Of a stretch of 64,000 nucleotides of DNA, positions 60,890 through 64,000 are shown one piece after another (within the stretch, counting starts at the first letter, position 1; each line of letters opens with the position of its first letter). The notes under the pieces were generated by a model. That model did no database searches. It was not told where the DNA came from and was given only the letters and a program-made list of their open reading frames with translations. The position numbers were made by a program, and so were the translations under genes. Origin of the DNA: Mobula hypostoma (Eukaryota); assembly GCF_963921235.1 (NCBI RefSeq), contig NC_086097.1, positions 149,112,001 through 149,176,000 of the forward strand. Reading direction: 5' to 3'.

Positions 60890-63165
60890 CATCGAAGACT
60901 TCAGCACAAGAACAGGTCCTTCAGTCCATAATGAAGTGCTGAACTAAATAAATCAGTAATCAAATTCCCAACTAAACTAAGCCCTTCTGCCTACACAATG
61001 TGCATACCCTTCCATTTCCTGCAGATTCATGTGTCTAAGAGACTCTTGGAAGTCTCTATCATATTTGCCTCTACTACCGCCCCAGACAGTCCATTGCAGG
61101 CACCCACAACTCTCTGTGTAAAAAAAAAACTTGCCCCTCACATCTCCTTTGAAGTTTCCCCACTCACCTTATATGCATGCCTTCTGGTATTAGATATTTC
61201 AACCCCAGGAAAAAGATACAGGAATCCTTGTCTATTTATGCCAATTATAATCTTATAAACATATATCAGATTTCCACTCAGCCTCTGTCGTTACAGAGAA
61301 AACAACCCAAAGTTGCCCATCCTCTCTTTATAGCACATGCCATTTAATCATAGTGAACCTCTCCTGCACCCTCCCAAAACCTTGACTTCCTATAAGGGGG
61401 CAACCAGAACTGAATGCTGTACTCCGAACGCAGTTTACCAGAATTGCATAAAACTGCAGCATAGCTTCCCGACCCTTGAACTCAATTCTTTGTATAACAA
61501 AGGCAAGCATGCCATACCGAGTACCTTCTTCACCACCCTATCGATCTGTGTAGACGCCCTCTGCATGTCAGCACTGTTAAGGATCTTGCCATTAACAGTG
61601 TACTGTTCCTTTACATTTTATCTCCCAAAGTGCAACACTTAACATTTGTCAGGGTTAAGCACCGGCCATTTCTCCACCCAAATCCATAATTTGCTATATT
61701 CTTTGCAAGTCTTCTATGCTATCCACAATACAAATATTTTTGTATTGTTTGGAAATTTACTAATCCACCCACTTACATTTTCATCCAGGTAATTTTTATA
61801 TTCACAAACAGCCAAGGTCCCAGTGTACCTGTGGAACACCACTAATCACAAACCTCCAGGCAGAATAAGTTCCATTGACCACTACCCTCTGTTTTCTGTG
61901 GGCAAGCTGATTCTGAATTCAAATGGCTAATTCGCCATGGATCCCATGCAACTTAATTTTCTGAGTGAGCCTGCCAGGAAAGACCTTGTTAAACGCTTTA
62001 CTGAAATCCATGTAGACAACATCCTCAGTTCTACCTTCATCAATCACTTTTGTCACTTCCTTGAAAAACTCAATCAAGTTTGTTGGACAGAACTTGCCCT
62101 GCACAAAGCCATAGCCATGTTAACTGTCCCTAATTAGGCCGTGGCTTTCCAAATGGCCATAAATCCCATCCCCAATAATCCTCTTCAATAACTTCCCTAC
62201 CACTGTTGTAAGACCACTGATGTATAATTTCCAAAAATATCCCTATTTCCCTGATTGAATAATGAAATAACATTAGCCACTTGCCATTCCTCTGGGACCT
62301 CGCCTGTGGATAGAGGACACACAAGATGTTGGTCAAGGCCCCAGCCTCAGTAATCTCATCTCTTGCCCCTCTCAATAACATTGGGTATATTTCCTCAGAC
62401 TCTGGGGACTTATCCAGCTTAATATGGTGTAAGAGACCTAAAATTACTTTCTTCTTTATCTCAAAATGGCTATGAAATTAGCACTTTCCACACTGATCTC
62501 CCTAACCTCCACACTCTCCTTGGTAAATACTGATGCAAAGTACTTATTTAGGACCTCATCCATATCCTCCACCTCCGCCTCCAAAGCATCCTTGCTTTAT
62601 CCTTGAGTGATCCTACCCACTCCGACTCCCTAGTATGTATAGAATGCCTTGAAATTCTCCTTATCCAACTTACCAAGGACTTTTCCTGCCCCCTCCTGGC
62701 TCTACTGATTGCCCTCTTGAGCTCTTTTCTGGCTTCTTTATAATTCTAAAGGCCATTGTTTGATCTTAGCTTTCTAAACCTTACATTTGTTTACTCCTTT
62801 TTGACTAAATTCACCACCTCTTTCGATATCCAAGATTCCTTACCTCACCATTCTTGTCCTTCCTTTTTGTTGTATCCTCCACATTCCAGAATGGACTTGC
62901 TCAAAGATAGCTATTCTAATTAACTACCTTTAGTTCCTACCTCGTACGTTCACAATTTGCTTTGCTCCAATTTATTTCTGTCATGCAAGGTCCATACTTA
63001 TTCGTCTTTATAGCTATTTTAAATCTTAAGGATTTGTGATCACTGTTACCTAATTTTTCTCCCACTGAAGGGTGAGTCACCTGGCCAGGCTCAATACCCA
63101 ACACCATGTCCAATATGGCCCATTCTCCCTTAGTACTATCTGCATATGCATATTGATTTAAGAAG
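60890..63165 (-). mobile_element. Long degraded CR1 ORF2 fragment
   Basis: TNLIEFFKEVTKVIDEGRTEDVVYMDFSKAFNKV; LAFVIQRIEFKGREAMLQ. Confidence 0.88.
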
Positions 63166-63173
63166 CCCTTTTT

Positions 63174-64000
63174 AATTTTTTACCTCTAATTGATCAGGTT
63201 AAACTTTTGTTTACTAAATGGTCACCAATCTCTTTGTCTTTGATTGGTCGGATTAATGCTATTAAGATGATCATTTTGCCCAAATTTTTATATGTATTTC
63301 AATTGGTTCCAATTTTTATCCCAAAATCTTTTTCCGATAACATAGACTCAGAAATTTCCTCATATATATGGCAGACCAGAAATCCTAGGTTCGGTAAAAG
63401 GTATTTACAGAAACCTAAAAAGGAGGGGGGGCTTGCCCTCCCGAATTTCAGATTCTATTATTGGGCAATTAATATTCGATATTTAAAATTTTGGTTACGA
63501 GATTTGGATGTATCTTTAAATCCACATTGGGTAAATCTTGAATGTAATTCATTACAAGGGTTTTCCTTGGGTTCGGTTTTAAGAACTTCGCTTCCTTTTA
63601 CTTCTTCCAAATTGTATAAACAAATGAATAATCCAATAGTTAAGCATACTTTACGTATATGGTTTCAATTTCGAAGATTTTTTGGGTTTAATCAATTTAT
63701 TTTAGCAAGTCCTATTATATCTAATTTCCTTTTTCAACCTTCCACTATGGATCAAGCTCACTCTGATTGGAAAACCAAAGGTATAATACGTTTTCGTGAT
63801 TTATTTCTGGATAATTGTTTCATGTCTTTTGATCAACTTTCTAATAAATACAACTTACCCAGATCTCACTTTTTTAGATATCTACAGATTAGAAACTTTT
63901 TAATTATTGTTTCTCCTAATTTTCCACACCCATATCCAATGGACACTTTGGAAAACATTTTAGATTTAAATCTCTCTCAGAAAAGTGTTGTAGCAATTAT
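63174..64000 (+). mobile_element. L1-clade LINE ORF2 fragment, 5'-truncated, open to the window end
   Basis: Stop-free frame KWSPISLSLIGRINAIKMIILPKFLYVFQ...KEGGLALPNFRFYYWA...HFFRYLQIRNF; absent from the ORF track, probably because it has no stop in the window. Confidence 0.92.

Noticed and set aside
1..64000. CRISPR arrays, rRNA or genuine tRNA genes, prokaryotic systems
   Set aside because: No regularly spaced repeats seen; tRNA-like motifs are SINE heads; the sequence is eukaryotic intron-exon DNA.

Overview
Vertebrate genomic DNA. The repeat repertoire (CR1, Rex1/Babar, Penelope-like, V-SINE and Deu-SINE) suggests a cartilaginous fish, probably a ray; this is an inference. The window lies inside one + strand phospholipase C gamma gene. 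Eleven GT-AG exons (14429-60754, 1013 coding nt) join in a stop-free frame and encode the end of the nPH domain, the EF hands and the catalytic X box. They correspond to about exons 3-13 of human PLCG1. The protein is closer to PLCG1 than to PLCG2 but has signatures suggesting a separate PLCG1-like paralogue. The introns hold a Gypsy/Mag LTR element with both LTRs and a TSD, a complete Tc1 DD34E transposon, a near full-length Rex1/Babar LINE, Penelope-like elements, many CR1 fragments, SINEs and a young L1. The most notable observations are: a 121-bp copy of the exon 12 3' half and its donor, captured at the 5' end of a CR1 insertion in intron 10; an atypical GTTAAGT donor at exon 10; a Gypsy insertion at the very start of a tRNA-derived SINE; and two intronic RFX-containing regulatory candidates. 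Boundaries of degraded repeats are approximate.
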